This document shows positions 15,821 through 30,339 of a DNA stretch of 64,000 bases, one piece after another. The DNA lies in assembly GCA_951406725.2 (NCBI GenBank), contig OX597819.1, positions 113,832,001-113,896,000 of the forward strand, read 5' to 3'. This DNA comes from Octopus vulgaris (lineage: Eukaryota). The notes beneath the pieces are model-generated. The model saw only the letters and a program-made list of their open reading frames with translations. It was not told the DNA's origin and searched no databases. A program made the position numbers and the translations under genes. The number at the start of each line of letters is the position of its first letter. The stretch's first letter is position 1.

Positions 15821-17167
15821 GGGTTTGGTATATGGGTTGGCCTGATTTAATTGCACTTTATTTACCATACTTCCCTCAATCCTGTGTCATCTTGTCAACA
15901 TTTTGAGATCTTATCACACCACTTTTTGTTTGTCAGTTTTTTTACCAGGTCTTTTACTGTCATTTATTCATTCAGAACTCATTGTCCGTTTCTATCACAT
16001 GTCTACACCAGTGCATTTGTGTTTCCAAATTGCATTAATGTACCATTTTTCTATGAACCATTTGAGCCAGTAAGACCAAGTTATTTACATTTATCACTGA
16101 TTTGAAATTGTCAGGAGTATGTTTCCATTTAACAAGTTCTTAATTGCTATTTAAGTCGCATGTCCATCTCAGCTCCTTTCTGTATCTATTAGATGAGGAT
16201 GATATGTCTTTATTGAACTGTTTGTCCTTTATTGTCTGTGTGAGGGTCATGTAGCTGCAAGAGGGAAACAAATCCTATTTGAAATCGATCTGTTAAGATC
16301 ATGTTTTGTTATCTATGCTTCACATTAATGCTAATAATATTACTAATATTGCATAGTTTTCTACAATGGCTTCTTCACAATGAATGTCATGCAGTGTTTA
16401 TTGATTTAGACTTTCATTAAAATGCCAGTATTAATTTTCTTTCTTAAAGATTGTAATTTTGTAGTATGTATTTCTCCAGCCAAAAGAAAGATTTCCAGCT
16501 CATAATTGTGTAAATTATTCCTGCTGCTGCTACTACTACTACTACCACTGTCATTGTGGAAGTGATGTTAGAAACATTAAATCATGAGATTCCACTGTCA
16601 ATGTTGTAGTTTATGCGAGGTGCAACATTCAGTGCGAGGTTATATAAGGAAACCTCTTCCACATGAGTGTGTTGCTGTTGAACAGCATGTGACCTGCATC
16701 AGAACATCAATATTTCTGCACAAGCAGAAAAAAAAAAACAGAATCATTTAGTTTGAATAAAACAGAAAAATGACAAATATCTATGTCCATATTCCTCTTT
16801 TTCACTAATACTATCCAGCACAGATGCTGTTTGTTAATAATGCTCTCAGAGATGCAGTGTGAGGGTGCCAACATATAGATTATTGTCTTTTTATATTCAT
16901 ATTTTAATGTCTGTTAAATAGGATCTCATTACTTTCTTAATGAATTTCTGCTTTTCTTCTTTAATGCTATTTTTCATTCATTAAATTAAGAGACAGAGTT
17001 GAACAGTTAGACATTAGTCTCTCTCAATTTCTTTTTCGCTCTCTTTCATCATATGTTGATTCAAAATGATGCTACTCTAAAATTCTATTTCTTTTTTTTT
17101 TTTATTACAAATTGTCATCATCATCATTAGATTATTTTACAAGTTGGTATGGTCTGATCAGATCTGG

Positions 17168-17201
<34 letters not shown>

Positions 17202-17664
17202 TCATCTTGTATCTCAATTTTCTTGTTTACCATTTCTCAGTTCTTTAACTCTCTGATAATTGGTGCCACAAACTTTCAATTTCGTTACTAATTCATTATT
17301 CACCCTGGTGTTTGAGGTGTAGTCATTCCAGCTATAACTATCCTGTCTTTTTATTCAGGTGTTGTGTATCTATAACTACATTGTGTCCTTTTAAGATGAT
17401 AGTTTTTTGAAAGAGATTTGATTGCTGTCTCTAGCAAATTGAGTCACCCTCATTGAGTAATGCTTTTCTAGTAGTGTTGTGATATACAGCTTTGGGGTTG
17501 AATTTGCTGGTAAAACAATGTATATCTAGTAAGTTATTAGATTATCCTTCTGCCCATTTTACTCTAAAAACATATTAAAGCTAAATTATAATTATCTAAA
17601 GCAGTCATGTTGTGAAATTAAATTTGTGTTTATATCTAACTTACTAGCAAAATAGTATGCTTGA

Positions 17665-17875
17665 TATGAGAGGGGGCTGAAAAGTTTCTGGCTTTAAGAG
17701 TATCACGAAAAGCCTGGTTGGAGGCCCAACCTTCTTTTTCAGGCTTAGAAAAACTGAAGGACTGCTGCAATATGTGTGAATCTGAGATGGGAATATGCTG
17801 AATAAAATCATAATTAACTCATCCTCTTGTATTTTCTTTTACCCACAGCCAGGAACTTTTCAGCACACCTTTGTA
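17665..17875 (+). mobile_element. Non-autonomous mariner element (internal deletion derivative)
   Basis: TA-flanked TIRs tgagagggggctgaaaagtttctggct / agccaggaacttttcagcacacctttg; the interior retains a mariner C-terminal KL..R..KCV.L.GEY.E* relic. Confidence 0.8.
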
Positions 17876-19519
17876 GAAAGACCTTGGTGTCTAATACATC
17901 AGCCTGTGACAGTTTACATTAACTGGTTGATTTGTTGAAATATCGTATGATAATCATTATAGGTGCATCCTTTGGAAATATGGATAAAGAGAGAACCACC
18001 AGTCCCTGTCCTATTGGCCATTAAAGTCAGCATTATATCTCTTAGATAAGGTTGATTACTTCTCCAAAAAAATGACTTATTATTGAGTAATTTTGATCAG
18101 CTTGTTATTCTAATAATGACCAAGCCACTAAGGGATTTTACATCACTAACCTTGACAGAAGTAAGACAAATACCTTGACACACATAGTAGCTCTAGTAAC
18201 AAATGCCATTCTAAAGGGACATGGTGTTTTGAAAATTCCCCTCAATCTTATTTTGAAGTTAAAACTAATATTGAATAGATTCCTTATGTCTTACCACCAC
18301 ATTGCCTAAGGTTTCACCCTGGTTAACTGGTGTAATACATGTTGAAAGGATATTTCAAATTTTTAAAATTGATCTGTACCCATTATGATGAACATAACTT
18401 CTTTTGGCATGACTGTTGGTCAACAAATTATTGACCTTAAAACTTCAATGCATTCTGTTCATTTCATGAGTTTTGAATATTAATAATCTCCATATTGCTG
18501 TCCCTCTTTAAAAATTTTTTTTTTTATTTGTAGCCTCTTTGTAAATTGCAACCAAATCATACCATACCATTAGCAATAAATAAATAAATAAAACATTTCT
18601 GTCACAATGTACCTAGAACTGTATTATCTGAGGTTTAACAAATTTTTTTTAGTGGTTAAGGGAAGAATATGAGAGAGAGATGTCATGTGTTTGGGTAGGT
18701 TGTGTGTGTGTGTGGTGAGGAAGTGAGGGGCAAGCATAATGTGTGAGGAGAGTGAACAACATAATGTAAAGAAGATAATTTGGTGGCTCAAGATGGGTCT
18801 GAATTAATATAAAATATAGGTGCAGAGTACAGTATAAGGATGAAGGATGGATATCAAGTGATTTACTTCCAAGATATGGTGCCAAGATAAGTACCATATC
18901 TGTTTTCCTATCTTTTAATTTTGTGTCCCATTCTCTTGAATAAATTTTCTTCTATCTCATGAAAGCTAGAGGCTTGCTTGCTATTTTCTTTAATATCAAT
19001 ATTTCTTCTTTTTTATATAGTTAAATGTTTGCTTACTTGCAGTAAGCCCATGCAGTCTTGTCCCCACCCCCTATACTGGAAATCTTTCTTATCTCCCCTG
19101 ATAAGTAGAAAACCTCTACTTCTCACCCTCTGTGACTGTACCCCGCCCCTTCATGTATTAGCATCCTACCAACAACAGTAATACAGGTATAACATTGATA
19201 ATATTAATGACATTAGGAATAATTATTATTTATGGATAATAGTTGTAAACTACAACTTTTGTGGCAAATGCAAGCAGTTTTGAAGAATGAATAAATGAAT
19301 GAATGATGGTAAATTAAATGAGAGGATATACATAATTATTTGTGTAAATCAACCAACTGCTGGCAAACCGTGGCACAACTTTACTTGTTTATACAGGTGC
19401 AGACATTAAACAAGAATGAACCAACAACAGTAAGCATAGCAGTATAATTGTAAACTACTACAGTGGCAAAGGAGATGTCTTACAGCGAGGAAATTAAAGA
19501 GCTATCACATTACTGGATT

Positions 19520-20690
19520 ACATTATGAAGGTCATGGTGAGAGTTACAGTACAATTGATCCAAGACAGAGCAGACCTAGATGAGATAGTTTGGCTTTGTG
19601 CCCAGGAGAGATACCACAGATGCAATCTTCTCAGTGAAGCAACTGCAGGAGAAAGTACTTGGCTAAGAGTAAACCACTATTCTTTGCATTTGTTGATTTG
19701 AAGAAGACATTTGACAGGGTACGTGTTCAGTAATTAGGTGGCCACTAAGGAAACTGGGTGTAGACAAATGGAGTTGTACAAGCCATGTGTAAAGATGCAG
19801 TTTAAGTGAGTCAGTAATGATTTTTAGTGATCAATTTAGATTCAGGGTATGAATCCATCAAGGCTCAATCCTCTCCTGTTCATCGTAGTCCTACTGGCCA
19901 TCACAAAGGTTTAAAACTAGCTGCCCATAGGAACACTTATGTGCTAATGATCTAGTTCTCCTAGCTGAATCAGTAAGGAAATTAGAGAGGAAATTCTACA
20001 GTTGGAAGCCAAACCTAGAATTGAGAGGTCTTGAGGCAAACTTAAAAAAGATGGTTTTTGTAAATAGGAAAGAAAACACAATTTTGGTGTCTTTAGGAAA
20101 AGGTTTGTTTCATATGCAGGAAAGGAGTATGTATAAACTTCATAAACTGTGCCCATTGAAAGCTAGTCAAATAGGTTTCATAGACTCACAGGTAGACTAA
20201 TAGAAAACATAAACTTCATATGTGACAGATGCACTGGAGCAGCTCATACTATGAGCACACCAAAAATAGATTCTCCTAAATGTCCAGGTAGCTCACTAGT
20301 GATAGTTGATAGCTTTGTTACTTAGACCTAAATGTCATTAAGAGAGAAGGTGGTTACTCTGAAAATATAGTAGGCTGAGTAAACTTGGGTTGAAGAAAGT
20401 TCAGGGAGCTACAACTGCTGGCAATAACGGTTTTACACAGAAAGTATGATACTTATGTCAGAACTGTGATGCTGTATGGTCTTGGATGCAGAGGAAAGAA
20501 ATGAAGTGAGCATGTTCTGTTGGATGTGCAATATAAGTGCACATGAATGACATTGGTATAAATGATGTGAGAGAAAAACTGGGCATGAGAGGAATCAGAT
20601 CTAGTGTGCAAGAAAGAAGACAGTGCTGGTATGGACATGTGAGGCATATTGATGAGGATGGCTGTATAAAGATCACTTGAGCTAGATGGA
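19520..20690 (+). mobile_element. RTE-clade LINE reverse transcriptase pseudogene
   Basis: Frameshifted FGFVP.R.TTDAIFSVKQLQEK...PLFFAFVDLKKTFDRV, HQGS.L, YANDL, and C-terminal QERRQCWYGHVRHIDED. Confidence 0.9.
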
Positions 20691-21861
20691 ATTAAGTGGT
20701 GATAGCTGATCTCGGAACCTTTGTACCACACGAAGGAGATGCATGCACAACTGGATCCCTTGCCAGATTTTCTCCTCAAACCTGCCCTGGCATACTTCAT
20801 TTCTCTAACTGCAGCTTTTCCTTGAAACCACCATCTTTCTCACTGTGGTATATTTTATAATTTTAAAACATGTTGATTTTCAGTCTTTGCCTTGCACATA
20901 TAAGATAATCATTTGCATTATACCAAATGAAATTAGTTGCAACTTTGTTTTAAGATGTACTCGTAATTTCATGTAGTATTTACTATTCTCAAAGTAGAAC
21001 ATTGTTTTTAAAAGAAAAAAAATATTCCATGCAATTCCCAGGAATTGGTAGTTTGTTCTTATTCATATATACGCACGCACACACACACACGTGCAAACGT
21101 GCGTACATATTTAGCATTATATGTTTGTCTTGGGATAATCAATAAAAGAATTGTTTTGTTTTTGTTATAATAAAAAAAAAAAAGAAGAAAAATGTAAGTT
21201 CCAATAATATTATGTCAATTGATTAAACATTCTATCTTCTTGCCAGTAAGAGGCTTTTAGTTCTTCCTTTCTTCAGATCACGAAGGAAAAAAATATAGAA
21301 AATGGATGAGAAGGTTTCAGTGGCATAAAGCAGCTTTTAAAGAAAAAAAATATTTGATGATTAAAGGCATGTGTATGTGCTAAGTTGACTAACCCATGCT
21401 TAAAAGCTTATCTCCTGCACATTCATAGTTTAGCTACAAACTATTGTGGTTTGAGTAATGTTATATTTAATATTTTTGTTTAGCCTCAGGTCAGCCTTGA
21501 TCAAGCAGACCTATGATTAAAGGCATTCCAGCTATGACCATCCTGCTTTTTCCCTATATTCAGGAATCCAGGATCATATCTGATATAAACCCTAACTCAC
21601 CCTATTTGAGGGAGATTCGGCTGTCATTTGTAGTAGTTCAAATGACCATGTAGAGGCTTTCTTGGTTCAGTGAATCTAGGTAAACAAGGCATGTGTGTGT
21701 GTGATTGATGATGTATGTCTTCACCAGGAGAATCAAGTATCATGAGAAGTCCTCGTGAAAAAATGTTCAAGTTTCATCTCTTCATGAAATGTGACAAAAT
21801 ACACCTAGAATGATGATGGGTAGATAGAGAGAGAGAAGAAAAAGAGGCTAATATTAAATGT

Positions 21862-22080
21862 CAGGCAGCAAACTGACAGAATCATTACCATGTTGAACAA
21901 AATGCTCAGCGGCATTTCTTCTGACTTTACGTTTCGAGTTCAAATTTCGCTGAGGTTGACTTTGCCTTTTATGCTTTCGCGATAGATAAAATAAGTACCA
22001 GTTGAGCACTTGGGTTGATATAAATAACTGTCCCCCTCTCCCACAATGTTAGGCTATGTACCTATTGTAGAAAGGAATAT
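21862..22080 (+). mobile_element. SINE family 1 copy
   Basis: ggcagcaaactgacagaatc...gagttcaaatttcgctgaggttgactttgcctttt...gataaaataagtaccagt. Confidence 0.8.
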
Positions 22081-24923
22081 TTCTATTGGAAAGAAAGTTA
22101 GCTCATAATCTATCAAACCCTGAATGAAGTGGAACATGTAAGGAGTTTGAAGTGTTGTGAAGGTAATTAGTTCCTCTAAAAATGCTGGAGTGACAAGATG
22201 TTTGCAATGAAGGAGCTCAGGAGACAAGTTCTGGAGTGAACAGTGTATATTTTAGTACCAAACCTAGCAGAGGTGGTGTAGATAAAGAAGTGTGGCATAT
22301 AGCTTCTGGATGGAGTTAGTATGGCACTCATAGGATATATTTTTTTTTAAATTTTCATGCTCTGCAATCTTTTTCTTCCTGGGCCTCCAAGATTGGTGGT
22401 CTCAAGGAAGAAAGAAATATCAACTTATTGGTTCTTGTAATAGAAAGCAACACATTAAGTTGCCAAGCTGACCTCAGACAAGACATTTAGTCCAAATACT
22501 CGAAACAGTTAATTCTACTAAAAGCAGCCAAGTGTCAGATGGTGAAAGTCTAGCACTGAAAAGCAAGTGCAGTCCATCTAGTGAGCTTCTATTTTATTTC
22601 TGTCTATGCAATTTCACATAGAAGGCTTGGGCCAGTGTGAGACTATATTAGAAGATATCTGTTAAGTGCTGTACATTGTAATGGAACTCAGAATCATGTG
22701 TTTGCTAAGAAATTTTTTTAACCACACAGCCATACCTATACCCAGCTGAATGTTGGATGAGAGAGGACAACCCTCCCGACTATAGTCTTTATGTGATGCA
22801 TTTAGAACTAGTCACCTGGCAGAACCCATTTCTCTCTAGCTGAAATAGAAGGGACTTCATTTTAATTAAACTTTTTCATTTAAAAGAAAATAGCTTTACT
22901 ATGTTTGGTAAAGCCTACTCAAGTCATAGAAAAATTGATATTTTGCTTAGCATTTTGTATTGGTAGTGTTTGTTTTCTTTTTCAATTTTATTATTGATTT
23001 TGGTGGGTGTTCTCTTATAATTCTGAACCTGTTCTCATACAGTTTACATGAGCATTATTTACTGGAGTCATTTTCCCCCTCCTCTAACCTGACATTGAAT
23101 TGTGAAGCACACATCTGTTCATTTCTCTTTTGTCTAAGATTAATCTTGCCACTTTAAGCTCCCAAATTAAACATCACATTCTAACTTAGTATTCTATCAT
23201 CCAGTTATCATATTCTCTTTCTCTCTTTTTTTATCTTGTGTGTCCAGGTAACCTGGTTATGCAGGGTTTGTTTTCCCAGAGTACATGTGTAATGGGGTGT
23301 AAATTCAGGGCCCTTCAGCTTAAAAATTCAGAATTTTATCAATATTATAAGTTCAAATCCTCATACTTCTGTTAAGCACATTTGAAAATAATCCCATGAA
23401 GTAATCCTCTATGTGATCACTTCACCTGTTAAAAATAGGAACCAAATTTCTCCCAGTTAACACCTTTTTTAAAAAGTGAGGGGCATATTTAGTAGTGTGA
23501 TCTTGGGTACACTGTCTGAAAAAAATAGAGGGTGATCACTGTTGGAATGTATTTGATTATAGGCCTACCTGATCAGTTCAGGCTTGAAAATCACCCTTGC
23601 AGAAAATAGATTTCTTTAGATTAGAAAAATCTTTCAATTTTTGTAGAGGAATATAGACATTAGTATATTACTTGTACTTCATTCACCTGAGTAATGAAAG
23701 GCAAGGAATATGAAAAGGGGAAATCTATACACCATGTGCTAACATGGCTGTGTTGATCAAAGTTTGCTTCCAAGCAATTGTTTTGTACTATAACCCTGGT
23801 CACATAATTCCTTGTGGGCAGAATTGATAATCAAAAACTAGAGAATCATGTTTTATATACATGTGATGTGTGTGTATGTATATGCATGCATATGTGCATG
23901 AATGGTGATGTTATCTGGCTTTGTTTGTCACTAAGTGAGGCTATGCTGAGCATTCAAGAATCAGCAGAATAGAAAGCCCCTCCCTTTCTTGGAAAAATTG
24001 TAGGTTGGCAACGCGAAGGGCATCTGGCTGTAAATTGTTTCCTCAAATAATTCACTGTCCAACCCATGATGTCATGGAAAACCAGACATTAAACAAATGA
24101 GCCTGCTGACTCACTGTACATATTACTTCAAAGATATCGATTTCTTACATTGAATAATACCATAAAAGCTAATCAAAAGTATATAGTCAAATGAATAGAC
24201 CCCAATATATAATTTAAAAGTGTTACTATGTCTGGAAGTTCACTTCTGTAGGCTTTCAACTTAGGGCTTAACTAAAGACTACAAACCCTTTCTACGATGC
24301 AACTAAAGTTGCATCATACTTTTGCAACTAACCCCTGGAAAGAAAATGTAAGTTCTAGTGTTTCTGCAGTTTGTCTTTCTGCCTTTCTTCAAATTACTTT
24401 ACAAGCTGAATTTTCAACAAGGTGTATTTGAAATTGTGTGTGTGTGTGATGGGGGTAATTTATTTTCCAGTTTAACAGATTTTCGCTAAGTCTTTCGCTG
24501 GCTATTTCTATCAACAGTAGATGTTTGTAGTATATATTAAAATAATTAAGATTTAGTAGTTTTCCAAACTGCAGTATTTTTGTATACTGTACTGATGCTA
24601 AAATTGTAACCTAATATATACACTCCTACATAAAACATTATTGCATCTTTTACAGCGAGTAAGGTTTGATATAGGTGGGTTTTATGATTTAATATGTTCC
24701 AGTGTCGATAGGAATGATTCTCATGCTGTTAAATTAAAAATTTCTATTTTTAATGAAAAATATGATTCTCAAATAAATTATTAGATTTGTCTAGAATATT
24801 GAGTATTGTTGATATCTTCTTACATGACGTTGAATGATGTAGAACACTTCCAGCAAGTCTACTTATAATGGCTCTCAGTAGCAGCCATCATGTATATTAT
24901 GGAAACAACTTCTGTGGTATTCA

Positions 24924-25122
24924 CCCTTTAACATTCAGTTTACTCTGTCAAATATAATGCTTTTTTATATTGTTTTGAAATAATGATGCATTATCTCATA
25001 GCTTTGAGATTTCAATGATGTGATTGTATATTTTTAGAATGGCATTGTAGGATAGGTGTGAAAGTTTGGGTCTAGCTGGTAGAATATTTGGACTTTATGT
25101 GGCTAATTTAAATGCTAAATGG
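24924..25122 (+). mobile_element. piggyBac-like MITE (family M1)
   Basis: Collinear with 10821-11039; ends aatgctaaatgg|ttaa. Confidence 0.78.
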
Positions 25123-25861
25123 TTAAATAAGTCTGATGCAAGCCTTGTCTTGTGAAATAATATTAAAATTCTAAAGGTATTTTTATACACTACTTCAATA
25201 ACCTAAGTAAAGGCTAATTCTTTTGATTGTGTGTTTATTGTATGGATTTTTGGGTGACTTAATTAGCATATGTGTACAATCTGGAACTTGTTTTTCCAGA
25301 ACTCTTTTACCTATATTGCTAAGTCTTGGAAAAGCTTGAATACCACAGCTTATTCTCCACTCCTCTAAATGTTACATATTAGTCTAAAATAAAATTATCA
25401 GTGCCACACCTCTTCCTTCTCCTGACTGGTTAAGAGCTGAAAATACAGAGGCAACCTGTATTAAATGTCAGTCCATTATATCAATTATTTTATTCCTAAT
25501 AGGCTTATTTCCTTAACTAATGGAGATAAACACTAACAAATTCTTATGGTGGAATTGGTGAATTGGCTCTGCATGTGGAAATTGTGCCAATCATATTTAT
25601 GATAATTAAAATAAATTTCAATATTTCAATTTAAAATTTTGATCAAAATCTCACTACAACATGAAGACATGAACATGAGATTTCATTTGGTTGACAGCTA
25701 CTCAGTGTCCATACTAAGATATAAAGATATAAAGCTATTGTATTAAATTTCTCAGATTTTTATTTAATTGAGAAATAATTGAAATGCATTGGTATCCTTT
25801 ACATGGATGCCTGAGCTGCTAGAATAGCATCCAAATTTTTCTCAAAACACATCCTGTCATC

Positions 25862-26043
25862 TTAACCCTCCAGATTTCATTACTCTCAACTACAGAAAAC
25901 TGTTTGAAACTATTTTCTATTGAAATGTCTCAAATTTGTTGAGGCAGCATGAATTTCAGAAAATTCCAATTTTATTTTTTGGTAGATATTTAACATCATT
26001 ACTGGAATAATCATGAAATTTAATTTCACTGTGAAAAGGTTAA
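25862..26043. mobile_element. TTAA-flanked piggyBac-like MITE inside a SINE-like repeat
   Basis: ttaa|ccct ... aagg|ttaa ends; the host repeat (gctagaatagcatccaaat...) resumes afterwards. Confidence 0.55.
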
Positions 26044-26092
26044 AGAACATAATAAATATAATGTAGTCTGAGGTATACTATGCCTAGAAAAC

Positions 26093-28456
26093 TATTGTGC
26101 GAGAGTATGATGCCCCCCTGGCAAGAATGGACTGGACTCCTACATATAAGTAGTAGTGGTCTGAGTGAGGTAGTTCATGTTAGTTTCACAGTTCGTGTGT
26201 TGATGGTTCAAAGTTGGGAGTTCAAAGCTCACAGTTGGATTGTTAGTTCTTAAAAGATTGTGGCCACGTTTTGTGTGGTTACTACTGTTTGTTTCAATTA
26301 TATTATTACACTGTTGTAGTGTATTCGTTTATCCATAAGGATATAACATCTGGCAACAAGAATCATTCGAAACTCTCATGGGTTATTTGACAATTTCTGC
26401 ATCATGGAAAACCTATTAGCCACAGTCGTACAGCAACAAGAACAACCACAGGAGTTGCAAAAACAAATACTACTACTACAACAACAACAACAACTGAGTT
26501 ACAGTTGTCGAAGTCCAAAAATCTAGTAAGCTTGTTTACGCCAGATGGCGTGGCTAATGCAATTTCTGAACTTATGTATAATCCAGAGGAGGGTATTGTT
26601 TCCCATGTATTATAGAAGAAATGAGGGAATTTTTAACGAGTGTAAGTCCTGGTTGAAGGAGCAGAAAGTAATGCTTTTACTATGCAAGGTAGCTCTTGCT
26701 GAACATGAGTGTTACTGTACCTGTATTCTGCCCAAAAAGTGAGTGAGATTGGTTTCCAAGAAATCATGGAACTGCTTTTAAAAATTTTTTGTGAAAGAAG
26801 TTCGTCATTCAACACCAGAATGGAGTATTGGAACTTAACTAAAAATGAGGAAGAGGATTTTATCACCTACACCGGAGTAGCTTACCATATGTGCGAAAAT
26901 TTCAAACTCAGGATATGTCCAAATCACGTTGTTGTGTAAGGACTTATAACACCTGAAGATAGAGAAATTCGGGCAAGGATTCTCTCAAAAATGCAGCAAG
27001 CGAACCAGGATTTATCTCTACAGACCATTGTAGAAGAATGTCAGACTATGGTATATCTTAAACATGATGTGAAAGGATTGTCTGTTTAAAAACAAAAAGT
27101 GCAATAGTTGTCAGAAGCTGGGGCACAGGAGTTCTCATTGTAGAACAGGACTACGAGGCTCAAACACAAAAAGTTCTAAGGTGTTTTCAGCAGAGAGTGA
27201 TTACAATGGAAAAGCAAGAAAAATTTGTGCACGTAAAGGATAAAAGATGTGAATACAAAATTACAGTTAGAGACAGGTAATGACATCTCAATTATAAATG
27301 TGGATACTTAAAAAAAATTGGTAAACCGAGATTATGTAAAACAACAACAATAGCACTTGGTGTAATGGGCAATAAATTACATTTCATGGGCAAAACATGT
27401 ATCAATATCACATTTTGAGGAATGAATTAAGTAACAACAAAACACAACTTTCATAAGAATATACAGTGACCTCCAATCCAAGTACAAATTCAGGGAAGTC
27501 TCCTGTAGAATTGATGTTCACAAGAATAAAATCCATTTTTGATAAGCTGTTACCAGAGAAAAAAAAAAAGATAAGTGATAAAGTGCATTTCAAAACCTAT
27601 AGAAAGAAATGGTAAAGAAGACTGGGAAGATGGCCTTGTTATCAGAAAAATTGGAGGTGTGACATATCTAATTAAAGGGTCACAGGGTGAACATGAGACA
27701 TATAAACCAACTAAAGAAGAGACATACCCAAGATCAGAAAGAAATTCCTATGGAAGTATTCTGTGAAATATTTGATGTACTGGTACCAAAAGTAGTAGAG
27801 TCCTGTAGAACCAGCTTTAGAAAAAGAAAGCAGACCAAACACCTTGAGATAATGCCCAAGCAAAAGAGATACTAAATATATATATATATATAAATAAAAA
27901 AAAATTCTTATTCCTTTGGAACATGAAATCTCAAAAGGGGAGATGTTGTGTGAGAGTTTGATGCCCCCCTGACAAGAATGAACTGGACTACTACATATAA
28001 ATAGTAGCGATCTGAGTAAGTGAAAGAAAGTAGTCCAAATGTTGGGTATGTAAGCACCTAATTAAGCAGGGGGAAAAGGGAAAAAAAAATGGTTCAATGC
28101 AGGAATGTGGTTGGTGGGGTCAAACCCATTCCACATCCATTCATTCTTTCATTTTCGATTATGTTTTTATTCACTATATGGAATCTCATCCCGCAAGTCC
28201 CCAACCCCTATTTGTCCTGTATATTGTCCTCTCTTTGTTTAACCCCTGTGGTTGTAATAAAATCACCATGCTAGTTCCACAGTTCATGTGTTACTAGTTC
28301 AAAGTTGGAGTGCACAGTTCGAGTTAGCATGTTGGATTGTTGGTTCTTAAAAGATTATTGTTACGTTACATGTTTACATGTGGTTACTGCCATTTATTTT
28401 GATTATATTGTCATTACACTATTGCAGTGTATTTGTTTATCCATAAGGATATAACA
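26093..28456 (+). mobile_element. Internally deleted Ty3/Gypsy LTR retrotransposon (Mag-like)
   Basis: 5' LTR 26093-26348 and 3' LTR 27944-28456, both ending ccataaggatataaca. PBS-like tggcaacaag at 26351, PPT aaaaggggaga at 27933-27943, flanks aaaac/gaaac. Decayed gag (~26404-27150), protease LETGNDISII, and integrase tail TYLIK...RHINQLKKR. Confidence 0.92.
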
Positions 28457-30339
28457 GAAACAAAAGACAGGGTTTCTCTTTAGAATGCTTTTGATCATAG
28501 GTTTGCAAGATAAAGGCTGACCTGGAACTAAACACCTAACCAGAAATATATAGTAAGGAAGGCTTAAAATAAAAATCCTATATATTTGGATATGTCCCTT
28601 GGTAAACATGACTTGATTAAGGCTAGAACTAAGTTATTTAATTAATTGCTTCAACATTATTGCTTGAGCAAGTATGGTGAAACTGCTTTGTCAATGGTGT
28701 CACAATATAACTGAAATGTATGCAGAGCTATCTTTTGTACTTAATGGAAAATGAAATATTAGTAATTTTATCCTCACCTTACATATATATTGTGCCAACA
28801 TTTTTGATGGTCTTTGCATTCAATATCTTAACACTTACTGAGCTATTGTTTTCCATAAGGATAACATTTTTCAGCAGCTCCACCAGAACTTACTGAAACT
28901 ACTTAACAACCACCATCACCATTATCATTTTATTGACATAAAGACAATTATTGTGAAATATGTAACAGAAATTTTATTGTTTAAGAATAATTTCAATTTT
29001 CTTTGTAAAATCACTAACAAGCTTGATGGAAGTCAATTAAGACATCGAGGAAATTGTTAATGGTTAATTAGTAAGAAAATTGGTTTAAAATTGTTTGTGC
29101 TGCCAAGATTATTCAGCTTTCTGAAGACTATTGTTTTTTTGTTTCAAACTAAACAGGAAATGACAAATTACATTAGAAGGTAATGCCTAATGGGAAGGAG
29201 TGGGGGTACTGGGAAAGATGCCAGTAGACAGAAATTTCTGGAAGACACCAAGGTATTGTTTTGATTTTATTGAAAAAGTGTGGTGAATGGTAGGATTGGT
29301 AAAGTGACAGGCAAAATGTCTTGGAGTATTTTGTTATATCCCTTTACTAAATTGAAATCTTGTTAGGACCAGCTTTGCTTTTCATTCTTCCAGGGTCAAT
29401 GAAATATTGATGAAATAAGTACCAGTCAAATGATGAGGCTGACATAAATAAGTCCTCCCTCCACTCAACCTTCTGCTTGCTAAAAAATTGTAACCTTGTA
29501 AGCTATGTTACGAATTATTTTTGAGAAGGCTGTGGTGTCACCTGAACCAGTCAGGACTATGTGACTAGGGTAATTTGGTTCCATCTCTCTTTGTTTTGAG
29601 TTTATTACCTGGATCAACTTTTTCGTCCACTGTTTGGTTTAATGCAACAGGTATCCAGAGTGTACTCAGTTGATACAGTTAACTGCACCTTTCTTTTATA
29701 TTTATGACATTGATTTTTAAAAAATCAAATGCTTGTACAAAGATTTTAATATTCATAAACCATACATCTTTCAGTTTATTTACCTGGTGTCCATAGTTGT
29801 TTGACAACAGAATTCATCTTTACCTCTTTCTTTGTTTTTGTTTGTTGTTAGACCAGTCACTATTAGTTACTGTAAAGGTAAAGGTAGGATATGTAAAAAT
29901 TAAGTTTCAATTACTGGTTTGATTGTAGTTGTGTTGATGTACCACTTTTCTGTTAGGTTTCAGTAAGTAGCAATACTGTGCACAAAGATAGCCATTTATG
30001 TACATAAAAATGTGCATTCTGTACTATTCTCAATTTTTCCCAGATGTATTTCAACATTTTCTATCAGCCATCTTATTCAATAGCTGATTTTCTTATATTC
30101 CAATTCTCTTGCATTTTTTCTTACTTATTTTTACAGCTTATTCTAAGACCATATTGTGAAGCTGTTGTTTCCCTAGGCAGATAATCTCACTTAGCTACAT
30201 GTAAATAAAAATGTATGAAAATAAAACTTCCCCCACTTTTTTTTAATTATCTGTTTGGTCTGGAAGAAGGAACTGTTTCTGAGCTTTTGAAACCCACTGA
30301 AACTAATGAAATAAATGCCATAACACTCAGTTTCCGCAT

